A DNA stretch of 63,831 nucleotides, filler included, from Octopus bimaculoides (GCF_001194135.2; 7 parts of 7 records of this genome joined end to end with filler, not necessarily neighbours in it), one strand, 5' to 3'; counted from the whole stretch's first letter, positions 12,271-25,519 are shown. Numbers and translations: made by a program. The notes: a model not told the origin generated them from the letters alone.

Positions 12271-13609
12271 GGTACACTGCACCAAATTCCCCTTATACCC
12301 AACTTCTCTCTCAATAAGGATGTGAATCATTTTTCAGTTTCCTATGAAAAATTTGTCTAGCCATGGGGAAATATTCCATCTTCCCTGTGCAAGTATGAGA
12401 AAATGGACGTTAAATGATGACAATGATAATGATGACAGCAACAGTGGTGATGGCAGTAGTAACACTGACAGCTACAGTAACAATGATGATGACGACGATG
12501 ATGACAAATGCACTATAAACCAAATCAGTTAAAATTTTAGATAACTATAAAATCATTCTTTGTTCCCATAAGTTGCTAATTACATGTTTACTATAAATTT
12601 AACTTCAATTTCCTCCACCGATATTGTTGTATCATGATAGGTTTAAATATTAAAGGGTTCAGCTGTTCCATCGACCTATTTCTGAGGAAGTCACATTGAT
12701 TACATCATTGACCTGTTAACATTATTAAATAACTGGCAAACCGGTAGTTGATTGTAGAGTTTTGAAGCACTTTTATGCATGCACACATACATACATACAT
12801 ACATACATACATACATACACATATACACACATACATACATACATACATACGAGCATGCATACATACATAGAGGCATACATGCATATATACATAAACACAT
12901 ATATGCACTTGTATTCCCAAAGGAATACATAAATACACATAGACTTATAAATGTGTGCAAGTATGTGTGTGTGTGTGTGTGTGTGTGTGTATAAATATAC
13001 ACACACACACACACACATACACACACATGTATGTATGTATGTATGTATGAATGCATATATATACATATATATATATGTATTTATGTATGTATATTCTTTT
13101 ATTCTTTTACTTGTTCTTGTTTCAGTCCTTTGACTGCGGCCATGCTGGAGCACCATATGTGTNNNNNNNNNNTATATAGACACACACAGAGGGAGAGAGA
13201 AAGAGATAGACTCATACATACATAAATATATACATACATACACACATACACACACATGCATACATTTTATATACATCTATCTATATTGTATATACATATA
13301 TATAAAGTATGTACATGTGTGTGTGTGTTTGCATACGTGTGTGTGTGTGTGCGTGCGTGCGTGCATGCGCATACGCACACACATGTGTGCTGTTATTACT
13401 CAAATAGAGGAAAAACTGTAGCAGAATTCCATTTCTCATGTACCAGCATAAACACATTCATCACCACCATCGTCCTTGTCATCATGACAGACTTAATGCC
13501 TGTATTCCCATGGCCTTGTGATCTAGTTCTGACCACTTTTCTCATCTTTCTGTTGAGCAGATTTACAATGCATTATACTTGGACCTCGAACACACACAAT
13601 TACAATGTC

Positions 13610-13846
13610 AGGGGCAGCGAGTTAGCAGAATCATTAGCACGCCGGGCGAAATGATTAGCGGTATTTCATCTGCCGTTACATTCTGAGTTCAAATTCCGCC
13701 GAGGTCGACTTTGCCTTTCATCCTTTTGGGGTCGATTAAATAAGTACTAGTTATGCACTGAGGTCGATGTAATCGACTTAATCCCTTTATCTGTCCTTGT
13801 TTGTCCCCTCTATATTTAGCCCCCTGTAGGCAGTAAAGAAATAAAT
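13610..13846 (+). mobile_element. tRNA-headed SINE (family 2) with 12-bp TSD
   Basis: TSD aattacaatgtc at 13598-13609 and 13847-13858. Confidence 0.9.
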
Positions 13847-13909
13847 AATTACAATGTCTGTTTTATGGCTGTAATGCCCTTCTTAAGGTCAATCATCATC
13901 ATCATCGTC

Positions 13910-14030
13910 ATCATAACCATCATGTGTTTAACATCCACTTTTCCCTGCTTGCGTGCATCAGGTGGAATTCGTCAAGGCAGCTGTTTTGTACGGCCAGATG
14001 CTCTTCCTGTCACCAACCCACCACCTGTGT
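13910..14030 (-). mobile_element. RTE-tail fragment
   Basis: catcat...tttaacatccacttttcc...cggccagatgctcttcctgtcaccaacc. Confidence 0.6.
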
Positions 14031-16573
14031 TTTCAAGAAAGTCAATATTTCCGTATGGTTCAGACATTTTTTCATGAGATACTGGAAGTGAACATCACCT
14101 ATGAAATGTTGATGCTCATTTACAACACTTACAATCATAACATGATGTCTAGACAGGGGTATACACAAACACACACACACTATTATCTCGCTGACATACT
14201 ACGACGAAATCTCCAAGATGCAGATAAGATAGAGATTTTTTATTTATTTACGGCCTCAAACATCTCATAATACCTTCGCGCTTTAGTTTGCCCTCTATTA
14301 TTTATCTTGTTTCTCTCCATGAAATTCAATTGAATTCAGTTGTTGTCTTAAATTCATGCTTATTCATTTTCTAAGCTTCCTAAATTCATGCTACGTTATA
14401 TTCTAATCACCCAGAATTCATTGCTCTTTTAAAAATTACGATTTATGCATTGTTGTCTCTCAAATATTTAAAATCTACAATTAAGAGCCCTATCTACTCG
14501 NNNNNNNNNNNNNNNNNNNNNNNNNNNNNNNNNNNNNNNNNNNNTTAATTAATTAANNNNNNNNNNNNNNNNNNNNNNNNNNNNNNNNNNNNNNNNNNNN
14601 TGTGTGTGTGTGTGTGTGTGTGTATGTATATATGTATGTATGTATGTATACGTAAGTATTTATTCGCGAATGTTTTTCTATCTACAAAAATTGTTTGTAT
14701 ATACATATATGTTTGTACCGGTATGTACACGCACAAGCTTTACTTCTAAAGCTATGTAAGACGTAATTTTGTGTGTTTATATCCGTCTATATATGATGAC
14801 AATTTATCCATTCTTTATACGTATAAAAATAGAAAATATAAGACCCCATTTTCTTTTCCCCTTAACTTCTATCTCCTCTACATTACACATAAATATAACT
14901 TATTTTTTAGCTTTCTCCACAACTAGAAGCAACTATTTTCGATATTATTAATATTACTTTTCTACACCCCTCCATTTATGATTATATCCGTTTTAGCAGC
15001 AGATAATATAAATAAATTCTCCCTCCTCTTCAACATTTTTATTTCTAATATTTTTAATAAATTTTATTACTCGTGTTCAAGTATCTACCTCTTCTAATAG
15101 TTTTCTACACTTTTAACTAAATTCCGTAATATTACACTTTCTGTAGAAATTAGAAATTAGACAAAAAATATTTTAATTATAAATTTTATAAGCCAGAAAC
15201 CATTTATTAAACGTTTCTCTTTTTACTAATCAATTACACAGCCATACATGTTATTAACGGTGAAATGTAAATCTTAATCTCCTTCATTTCAAAATTCTAT
15301 ACTTCTATATTTGGGTTGCTCCTTCTTTTAAATACAGCCTCTCAAGGTTTTTTATTTCATATATGGGAGTTTCACGTTAGTTCTTATAAACAAATTTCTA
15401 GAGAGAATGCTAGCCTTATTATTATATTACATACATCAGCAACTATGATTTAACTATTAATCTTGTTTAAATAGACATGACTACGGAACAATAACACATT
15501 ACAAAATGAATAATAACACCATACCAATGTAATTCTAACGTATTTTTTTAGCTTTTTCATCTTTTCTCTATTGATGAGTACTTTTTGACAACTCAGATTC
15601 TTAAGATGAATTTCTTGTCTTTCTGTATGAAACAGTTGTAAAGCTACATGAATAATATTAAAAGAATTATCATCTAATATCCTCCATTTCTGAAAATATG
15701 AATGAATTTGTTGAACTCTTTAATAAGTTCAATAATATACTTAATATATCTATATACATTACAAATCATCGGTAAAAAGTAAGACCCTCTAAAATCTCAC
15801 ACTAGCATATTCATCTATATAAGTCTAATTAGACTGGGAACCACCTTAACACTTACACATAAACAGTCACCCCAGCCCAACTCGCCCTGCACAGTTTATA
15901 ATAATTTACTTTACGCCTACATAGGGCCCCTTTTATCATTATGAACTTCCTAAACTTTAGCCGTATTATAATTTTGAAACCCTCCCTAGTGTAAATAATC
16001 CGGTTTGAGTTAGCTCCTTTCACTTACACCGCTGCTGACTAAAACTCACCGCTGATTAAAACCAATTTAATACACACGTGCGCCAAAAATGTGGTTAGTC
16101 AAACTCGGAATTCGACACCAAAACAATACACACTCCGCTTTAATTATCCAGTGAAACCATAAACTAACAAATCTACTACAATGAAATCCACGCCCCAGCA
16201 GAATAATTAACAACATAATATAATGTAAGTCTAACACATTTTGACTTTATTACCATTACCGCTGAATCAATTTGTTTTTCGCATTCTGACCGATATATCA
16301 ATTTATTTTTCACGTTCTGAAGATATTTACTAAAACTAGTATACTGAAACGATCGTAAATGCTACATTCTTCTTTGTTAAGTAATTAAATTAAAGACATA
16401 CCAGCGAAAACGACGAGTTTCTCCTTCTTATTTACATCCATTTTCTTCTTGTATATATATACGTCCACCCCGCTTTAATTACCCAGTGAAACCATAAACT
16501 AATAAATTTACTAGAGCCTACTTACAACTCTAGCTGTGTTTACATAAACCGGGTATGTGTGTGTATACATATG

Positions 16574-16628
<55 letters not shown>

Positions 16629-17024
16629 NNNNNNNNNNNNNNNNNNNNNNNNNNNNNNNNNNNNNNNNNNNNNNNNNNNNNNNNNNNNNNNNNNNNNNNN
16701 NNNNNNNNNNNNNNNNNNNNNNNNNNNNNNNNNNNNNNNNNNNNNNNNNNNNNNNNNNNNNNNNNNNNNNNNNNNNNNNNNNNNNNNNNNNNNNNNNNNN
16801 NNNNNNNNNNNNNNNNNNNNNNNNNNNNNNNNNNNNNNNNNNNNNNNNNNNNNNNNNNNNNNNNNNNNNNNNNNNNNNNNNNNNNNNNNNNNNNNNNNNN
16901 NNNNNNNNNNNNNNNNNNNNNNNNNNNNNNNNNNNNNNNNNNNNNNNNNNNNNNNNNNNNNNNNNNNNNNNNNNNNNNNNNNNNNNNNNNNNNNNNNNNN
17001 NNNNNNNNNNNNNNNNNNNNNNNN

Positions 17025-17063
<39 letters not shown>

Positions 17064-18804
17064 ATATATAAACCTTGAATTTATATTTTAGAGACAATAT
17101 GACTACAAAAAACGGTCATCCATACTCTACCAACATGCAAAAGATTAACATAGAGGCACACAGGATCAACTTGACATCCTCATTTTAATCCAAGCACCCG
17201 AAGGGCACAACACTCATACAAATACATTTATACGTCCTCATAAATGAAACATACACAGTACTAAATAGGAAATACACGTCGAAAGTAGTCTATATGTACA
17301 CAGGTACACACATTCATACATTTATATATATATATATATGCATAAACACAAATGCATACACACAAATGCATGCATACATACATATGTGTATACACATGCA
17401 CACGGACGCACACGCATTTACACAAACTAGCAAACACAAACAACGCAGGTCTGATAACACAGCCAACAAATACTGAAGATGTTGCAAGACGCAACGTAAA
17501 TTTTAGAAAAAATCGGTGGAAATCGAATGAGTGGAAAGTAAATAGATGGAAAGCGAGCCGGTGTGTGTGTTAAATAGTAAGGCACTAAAAGTAAATGACT
17601 CGGTTGAAAAAAACTTCAATAATGAAAATATTTTAATAGTTACCAGGGTAGCAAAAATCACAAAAACTGGGATATCATACCCGATTAATAGGTAGAAATA
17701 CCAAGTTAATGTGATACATTTTGAGTAGATATGAAGAATGATAACAAATAGAGCAAAACGCATATAATCAATAAGTTCCTTTAATTCCTANNNNNNNNNN
17801 NNNNNNNNNNNNNNNNNNNNNNNNNNNNNNNNNNNNNNNNNNNNNNNNNNNNNNNNNNNNNNNNNNNNNNNNNNNNNNNNNNNNNNNNNNNNNNNNNNNN
17901 NNNNNNNNNNNNNNNNNNNNNNNNNNNNNNNNNNNNNNNNNNNNNNNNNNNNNNNNNNNNNNNNNNNNNNNNNNNNNNNNNNNNNNNNNNNNNNNNNNNN
18001 NNNNNNNNNNNNNNNNNNNNNNNNNNNNNNNNNNNNNNNNNNNNNNNNNNNNNNNNNNNNNNNNNNNNNNNNNNNNNNNNNNNNNNNNNNNNNNNNNNNN
18101 NNNNNNNNNNNNNNNNNNNNNNNNNNNNNNNNNNNNNNNNNNNNNNNNNNNNNNNNNNNNNNNNNNNNNNNNNNNNNNNNNNNNNNNNNNNNNNNNNNNN
18201 NNNNNNNNNNNNNNNNNNNNNNNNNNNNNNNNNNNNNNNNNNNNNNNNNNNNNNNNNNNNNNNNNNNNNNNNNNNNNNNNNNNNNNNNNNNNNNNNNNNN
18301 NNNNNNNNNNNNNNNNNNNNNNNNNNNNNNNNNNNNNNNNNNNNNNNNNNNNNNNNNNNNNNNNNNNNNNNNNNNNNNNNNNNNNNNNNNNNNNNNNNNN
18401 NNNNNNNNNNNNNNNNNNNACATATATATAAATGCAGCATGGAAGGTGTTTATAAGCCATTTAAGAAACACCCAAAAACTGTTAGATTCATTTCAACATT
18501 TAAATTTATATACACGTGTGTGTGTATGTATCTTTCTGTCTGTGTTTGCCCGCACCAATATTTGACAACCAATGTTAGTGTTTTAAGATACGTGTACCTT
18601 AGCAGTCCGGCAAAAGGGACTCATATGATATGTATCAGACGTTAAAAAACACTTCAAGGCTGTGCCCCTGCTTGGCCAATGATAGTTGACTGAAACATAT
18701 CAAAGGAGAAAAAAAAGGTGAATTGCAAATAGAGTCTGGTACATAGATCCATCTAATTCCACTGAGGAATTACAGATACCGACCTCCTTAGATTGACATT
18801 CTGT

Positions 18805-19030
18805 TATTCTTTTATTTGTTTCAGTTATTGGCTGCGGCCATGATGGAGCACCACGTTTTTAGTCGAACAATCGACCCCAGTACTTATTCTTTGTAAGCCT
18901 AGTACTTTTTCTGTCGCACTCTGTTGCCGAACCGCTAGGTTATGGGGACGTAATCACATCAACATTGGCAAGTTATGGTGGAGGGGGGGACAAACACAAG
19001 CACACAAATATATACATATATGTATATACA
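18805..19030 (-). mobile_element. OR-like SINE 3' half
   Basis: tttcagttattggctgcggccatgatggagcaccacgtttttagtcgaac...gccgaaccgctaggttatggggacgt. Confidence 0.75.
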
Positions 19031-20830
19031 TACATAGATACATACACACACAAATAAACACACACACACACACACACNNNNNNNNNNNNNNNNNNNNNNN
19101 NNNNNNNNNNNNNNNNNNNNNTTAATTAATTAANNNNNNNNNNNNNNNNNNNNNNNNNNNNNNNNNNNNNNNNNNNNTATATATATATACGTACATCTAT
19201 AGTAAAACACATCTTGATTTATTACTGCATAACTTAAAGTTTTACAATGAAAACTACGTACGTCGGCTATCTTTACATACGTGCTTAGTTTAGTCTAAGG
19301 CATCGTCGACGCCAGGACGTTTAGAATTATTACTGTGATGGAACTAGATCAATGGAACTGCAATGCTTCTGTTAACCAGTGGTCTATACCAATGTGCTGA
19401 TACAAACACACACACACACACACGCACACACACACACACATAAATGGTTTAATCTTTTAAAGGCGAAGAAATGAGAGTTATAAGACATAATGCAAGTCGG
19501 TGGTTTCTACTGTTATCTTTTATTTCAATATTTCGGTGTTATGAGCACTTATTCAAGAAATCTAGCATCATGTCTCATAAGTTGCATGCTTTAGGCTTTT
19601 CGCTTATCGTTTTCCTGGTACTTGTTTTAGTCATTACACTGCGACCATTATGGAGCACCACTTATTCTTTTGTCATCTCTCTTTCTTACTACCGCTCTAT
19701 ACTCCAGCTAACACTTCGTTCGGAAACACACGTACATTGAGTTCTACACCGGGTTATTAGTCTCGCTATTCCTAAGCGAGCGAAATATATATATATGTGC
19801 GCGCGCGCGTGTGCGTGTGTGTCTTTGTACACACACACATATATATATACACGTACATATGTATACATGTGCACGTGTGCATGTGCATGCACATATATGT
19901 ATGTGTGTGTGTGTGGTTTTTTTTGTGTGTATAGCTGAGTAGGGCTGAGACGATGTTTTTAAAATAAAATCATACAAAACAGTATACGCTAAATCTTCTT
20001 TCCATGTTTCAAAAGTATCTGCGTACATGTGGTGCCTTCATCAGCGGGACTACAAAATCGAAATTTATTGCGTATATTACTCATAGTTTAGAGATTGATG
20101 ATATATGTAGACAATAAAAATATTAAATTCACATTTGTGCTATCCGTTTCTTTTGTAACGAATTTTACTAGTGTGCACGAATCGCCGAAAAATAACTACA
20201 GAATTCAAAATTAACTATTATTTTAAAATTTCAGTTTTGATGTCGTTGATTCGAACAATCTCTGCATTCGTATTTCTGGCTGGAAAACCCAGCAAGGTGA
20301 AGCGCAATCCTACCGTCTTTACTGATTAAGTTATAAATAAAAATTACAATAAAATTTACTCGTCATCAAAATGGCGTCGTCACAAACAACATCGAGTACG
20401 CCCCTACAATTTTCCAGACGTTTGCTAATATTAGAGGCAAAAACAACAAAACAAATACAACAAAGCAAAAAACAATACAGTCATGTGTTTTATATATTGT
20501 TTATTTTATCTTCATTCCAAACAATCGATCTGTATTCATCTGGCGATATGGATTAATCGATAACGGAGGTTATAGATATCGATAATAGAGATGCTTTTTT
20601 TCCCTTCTCTTTATACTTTCAACAATAAGGATAGTGAATATGACAACGATTATGTAGAACCAGTTTTTTTTTATAGCATGTCTGTTTTATAGGAATCTAA
20701 AGACATATATATATGCGGACGCATGCGCGAGTGTGTTTGCGCATGTCTATGTGCATATATATCTGCACATACAAGAATGTGTGTGTGTGAATAAACATAA
20801 ATCTATACATATATATGTATACATACACAC

Positions 20831-20889
<59 letters not shown>

Positions 20890-21173
20890 CATATATATAT
20901 ATATANNNNNNNNNNNNNNNNNNNNNNNNNNNNNNNNNNNNNNNNNNNNNNNNNNNNNNNNNNNNNNNNNNNNNNNNNNNNNNNNNNNNNNNNNNATGCA
21001 TGTATTTTTTTTTTTGTATGTAGATGGAGATGTATATAATTATAAATTAAGTATCCATGCAAACACAAATGACTCATCCGACATATAAATCAAAAAGCGA
21101 ACATCCGGTTCTACACACGCACGCACATATAATATACATAATACTTACATAAACACATACATATGTGTGAGTG

Positions 21174-21213
<40 letters not shown>

Positions 21214-21673
21214 CTTGTTTGTATGTATGTATGTATGTAGGATCCTTCACAGAAGAGCCCTGTTCGCATCGATTATTCTTTCGTTCTTCCCAGCAATATG
21301 TCACATCTAAGATACATTAAGTTATCAATAACTAACTGTATTATGACTTATTCTACGATTTTCAGAAACGCTGCTATCGATCTTTTACTCCTTTTCCTAT
21401 CTATCTATATCTATATCTATATATATATATCTATATATCTATATATCTATCTATCCATATATGTATATTATTGTGTTTTTTTTTTCTTCTTCTTCTCTAA
21501 ATTATTCAATAGAAATATATAACAGAGTTACTTGTGTGCGTTTTTTTCTTTCCAGCTTTTTATAGACATCATACGATTATGCTTCTCCGCCCAGTCCACA
21601 TTATTTTCGCGTCCTCTTTACACATACACATACCCATCCCACCCCATACATATATATATATCTATACACACAC

Positions 21674-21704
<31 letters not shown>

Positions 21705-22264
21705 NNNNNNNNNNNNNNNNNNNNNNNNNNNNNNNNNNNNNNNNNNNNNNNNNNNNNNNNNNNNNNNNNNNNNNNNNNNNNNNNNNNNNNNNNNNNNNNN
21801 NNNNNNNNNNNNNNNNNNNNNNNNNNNNNNNNNNNNNNNNNNNNNNNNNNNNNNNNNNNNNNNNNNNNNNNNNNNNNNNNNNNNNNNNNNNNNNNNNNNN
21901 NNNNNNNNNNNNNNNNNNNNNNNNNNNNNNNNNNNNNNNNNNNNNNNNNNNNNNNNNNNNNNNNNNNNNNNNNNNNNNNNNNNNNNNNNNNNNNNNNNNN
22001 NNNNNNNNNNNNNNNNNNNNNNNNNNNNNNNNNNNNNNNNNNNNNNNNNNNNNNNNNNNNNNNNNNNNNNNNNNNNNNNNNNNNNNNNNNNNNNNNNNNN
22101 NNNNNNNNNNNNNNNNNNNNNNNNNNNNNNNNNNNNNNNNNNNNNNNNNNNNNNNNNNNNNNNNNNNNNNNNNNNNNNNNNNNNNNNNNNNNNNNNNNNN
22201 NNNNNNNNNNNNNNNNNNNNNNNNNNNNNNNNNNNNNNNNNNNNNNNNNNNNNNNNNNNNNNNN

Positions 22265-22309
<45 letters not shown>

Positions 22310-22458
22310 TGTTATATTCCGTTAGGAACGTGTACCTTCAGAATTACCCATTACTATCGGTAGTCTTATTACATAGCTCTAAGTTTTAAGTGTGAGCATT
22401 CGTCGTGTGTGAATATAGAATTGAAGGAATTGGAATCATGAAATTATGTGTGTATATG

Positions 22459-22749
22459 CTCCGCTTAGACTATTCTGTCCTTCTATGATGTATATCCTTA
22501 TGACGAAGATAAGGATATACATCACAGAAGGACAGAATGAACTAAGCGAAGGAAGAAAAAACACATGGATGGAAGAGGTCGCTGAAGAGGTTACAGATGA
22601 GTGACGAAAGATTTCTGGGCAACGGACATTAGATAAAATAAGAACAGCAACAAACGAGTGAAGAACGAATTTATAGTTCGTGTGTTTATTTGGTAACAAA
22701 AAAAAGAAGAAAAATAAAGAAAGAAAATCACTATACTAAAATATAACAA
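22459..22749 (+). mobile_element. Hammerhead-bearing fold-back element, copy A (short inverted arm + full arm)
   Basis: Hairpin 22459-22551; arm homologous to 28647-28764, 53761-53985 (rc) and 54505-54712; CTGAAGA-stem-GAAA core at 22582-22609. Confidence 0.7.
22579..22618 (+). ncRNA. Putative minimal type-I hammerhead ribozyme (intact core)
   Basis: CTGAAGA 22582-88, extra G, helix II GTTAC/GTGAC (5 bp, loop agatga), GAAA 22606-09, 2-bp helix III, UUC cleavage triplet 22613-15, weak 3-bp helix I. Confidence 0.5.
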
Positions 22750-22986
22750 TAAAATATATGATAAGTCTAAATAACAAAGAAACCTGAATTGCATAATTTT
22801 ATTAATTAGCTTCCACTTGTTCCAGCTAAGAGAACTCTTGTGAAAGAGGGCTTTATTCTTTTTAGTGTAAATATTCTATTTTTGTTTCGCTATTCAGAGA
22901 ATGATCCCATTCTGGAGTGGGTATGAGTGGGTGGCAAGATGTGCATACATACATACATACATACATGCATACACACAGACACACGC

Positions 22987-23048
<62 letters not shown>

Positions 23049-23219
23049 GTAATAAACGTGTACATGTGTCTGTCAATGACAAGATGGATGTGTTTTTCGC
23101 GCCTACTGAAGGCGGTAGTATACATTGTTTACACAGACATACGTATGAGTATGCGTAGACACACATGAGTATGTGTGGGGACACACACACAACATACACA
23201 CACATATATACATATACAC

Positions 23220-23262
<43 letters not shown>

Positions 23263-23316
23263 GATATCTGAATGTGCTTGAGTGTGTAGATATATATATA
23301 CATCCATGCATACACA

Positions 23317-23361
<45 letters not shown>

Positions 23362-23767
23362 ATGCAATAGTAATAGCAGAGGTGACACATTTAGGGGAGA
23401 GTTAAAGCCTCCCTTGAAATTTTGAAATGAAGGTCAAACAGGTCTGTGACTTTTGGGTCGTGATCAGTGACCTCGTGGGAAGACATGTGACAGGAAAAAT
23501 ATAGAGATTGAGTGAGTATGTGTTTGCTTGTGGTCGTGTGTCATTGCGTGTGTATATAGTTGGTATATGAACACTCACACATGTCTGTCTGTCTGACAGT
23601 CTGTATGTATTATGTGTGTGTTATTATTCAGTTTATTTCAATATTTCTTGCCAATAGAGAATGAACCGGTTTCTAACCTAGATCCAAGGTTCCTTCATTG
23701 GAATTTCAACATAAACAACAGGGTATTTTGTATGTATGTATGTATGTATGCATGTGTGTATGTATGT

Positions 23768-24245
23768 GGAGGCGCAATGGCCCAGTGGTTAGGGCAGCGG
23801 ACTCGCGGTCATAGGATCGCGGTTTCGATTCCCAGACCGGGCGTTGTGAGTGTTTATTGAGCGAAAACACCTAAAGCTCCACAAGGCTCCGGCAGGGGAT
23901 GGTGGCGAACCCTGCTGTACTCTTTCACCACAACTNNNNNNNNNNNNNNNNNNNNNNNNNNNNNNNNNNNNNNNNNNNNNNNNNNNNNNNNNNNNNNNNN
24001 NNNNNNNNNNNNNNNNNNNNNNNNNNNNNNNNNNNNNNNNNNNNNNNNNNNNNNNNNNNNNNNNNNNNNNNNNNNNNNNNNNNNNNNNNNNNNNNNNNNN
24101 NNNNNNNNNNNNNNTGTTTCTGTTGTGCCTGTAATTCAAAGTGTCAGCCTTGTCACCTTGTGTCACGCTGAATATCCCCGAGAACTACGCTAAGGGTACA
24201 CGTGTCTATGGAGTGCTCAGCCACTTGCATGTTAATTTCACGAGC
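23768..24245 (+). mobile_element. tRNA-headed SINE (family 3), gap inside
   Basis: ggaggcgcaatggcccagtggttagggcagcggactcgcggtcataggatcgcggtttcgattccc (A/B boxes); homologous to 60212-60562 and 27485-27784. Confidence 0.9.
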
Positions 24246-24249
24246 ACAT

Positions 24250-24650
24250 TTTTTGTAGAGGGAAGAAGCATAGACTCCCAACTAGAAGCATATAAAGAAA
24301 TTGGAAACCTTTCACATGTGCTGTCTGCGCAATATCTGCAACATAAAATAGCAAGATAAGATATCAAATATCAAGATCTTAGAAAAATGTTAAATCTCCA
24401 GTATCGAAAGCATGCTACTGAAACTTCGGGGCAGAAAGGTAGGACATGTTGCATTTCGTAAATTCTTTTGTATGGCCAACAAGTGAAAGGATAGTGCGGT
24501 AAAGGAGGACCTGTAAATTGAAGTAATCACTAAAATCTCTATACGGCTTAACTTGACATCTTGGGAAAATCATTGCCGAGATCGATCTGAATGGTGTAAA
24601 AATGTGTCATAATGCAACAAAACGATTTGAGTTGAAGAAACAAGAACAAT
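24250..24650 (+). mobile_element. Decayed RTE LINE fragment
   Basis: ILLYGQQVKG*CGKGGP and WENHCRDRSEW resemble the RTE C-terminus (LLYGEL..G.R..GGP, WE....DRS.W). Confidence 0.55.
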
Positions 24651-24916
24651 GAAAGAATGATATCCTGCAATCAATAAACACGTTGGCCCAATCCCAGGTA
24701 AAAATCAAAAATCACCAGTGTCCCCCATTGTGCTATCGTAACAAAATCCATTCCTGGACTCAAATTGCATTCATGCATCCATCGCAAATAGATGCAGCTT
24801 CTTTTGTCCTTTTCTTTTTAAAAGTTGTTTTCCCACTTTTTTCTTTTCTTCTTTTCTCTTCTTTTCTTTAAATCCTCTCTTTTCAAACACTCATACGTAG
24901 AAATCGACAGGAGCGA

Positions 24917-24921
24917 CCACC

Positions 24922-24955
<34 letters not shown>

Positions 24956-25200
24956 TCATCATCGTCGTCGTCGTCGTCGTCATTGTTATTATCATTATTA
25001 TTCTTGTTGTTGTTATTGTTATTGTTATTGTTGTTATTGTTATTGTTGTTTTTATTCTTGTTATTATTATTATTATTATTATTTTATCATTATTGTTGTT
25101 ATTATTATCATTATTGGTAATATTATTATTGTTATTATTATCATCATTTTTATTTTTATTATTATCATTATTATTATCATCATTATTATTATTGTTGTTG

Positions 25201-25258
<58 letters not shown>

Positions 25259-25268
25259 TATTATTATT
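24917..25268. repeat. Compound trinucleotide microsatellite (CAC/CAT/CGT/TTG/ATT); typical of dozens of (AT)n, (GT)n, (TATG)n, (AG)n, (AAT)n, (CTA)n and (AAG)n arrays window-wide
   Basis: Direct reading; other large arrays include 31490-31612, 32872-32933, 37262-37460, 53090-53345, 58155-58430. Confidence 0.97.
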
Positions 25269-25519
25269 CAAAAGAATTTTGAGTCGGCCCCGAGCGACTT
25301 ACAATTTCGTGGACTTGTTACAAAATCCTTGCCCGTCGAACCCAGTCAACTAAACCTGATGTGCTAAAGCTTCCGAAAGTAACTTTGAATCGCATGAATC
25401 CGAATTAAACTGTTTTAAATAATAATATNNNNNNNNNNNNNAATATTGAGCAAGAGGAAACGGAATGATAAATTGTAGAGAACAATGTACAATATGTCTC
25501 TATTTATTTGCTAGCTATT

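Noticed and set aside
20000-20050. Minus-strand CTGATGA...GAAAC hammerhead-like motif
   Set aside because: Helix II and helix I cannot be paired and there is no correctly placed NUH.
23768-23840. tRNA-like sequences (also 60490-60562, 30630-30712 and other SINE heads)
   Set aside because: A/B boxes run into SINE bodies and no complete cloverleaf is evident; not called as tRNA genes.
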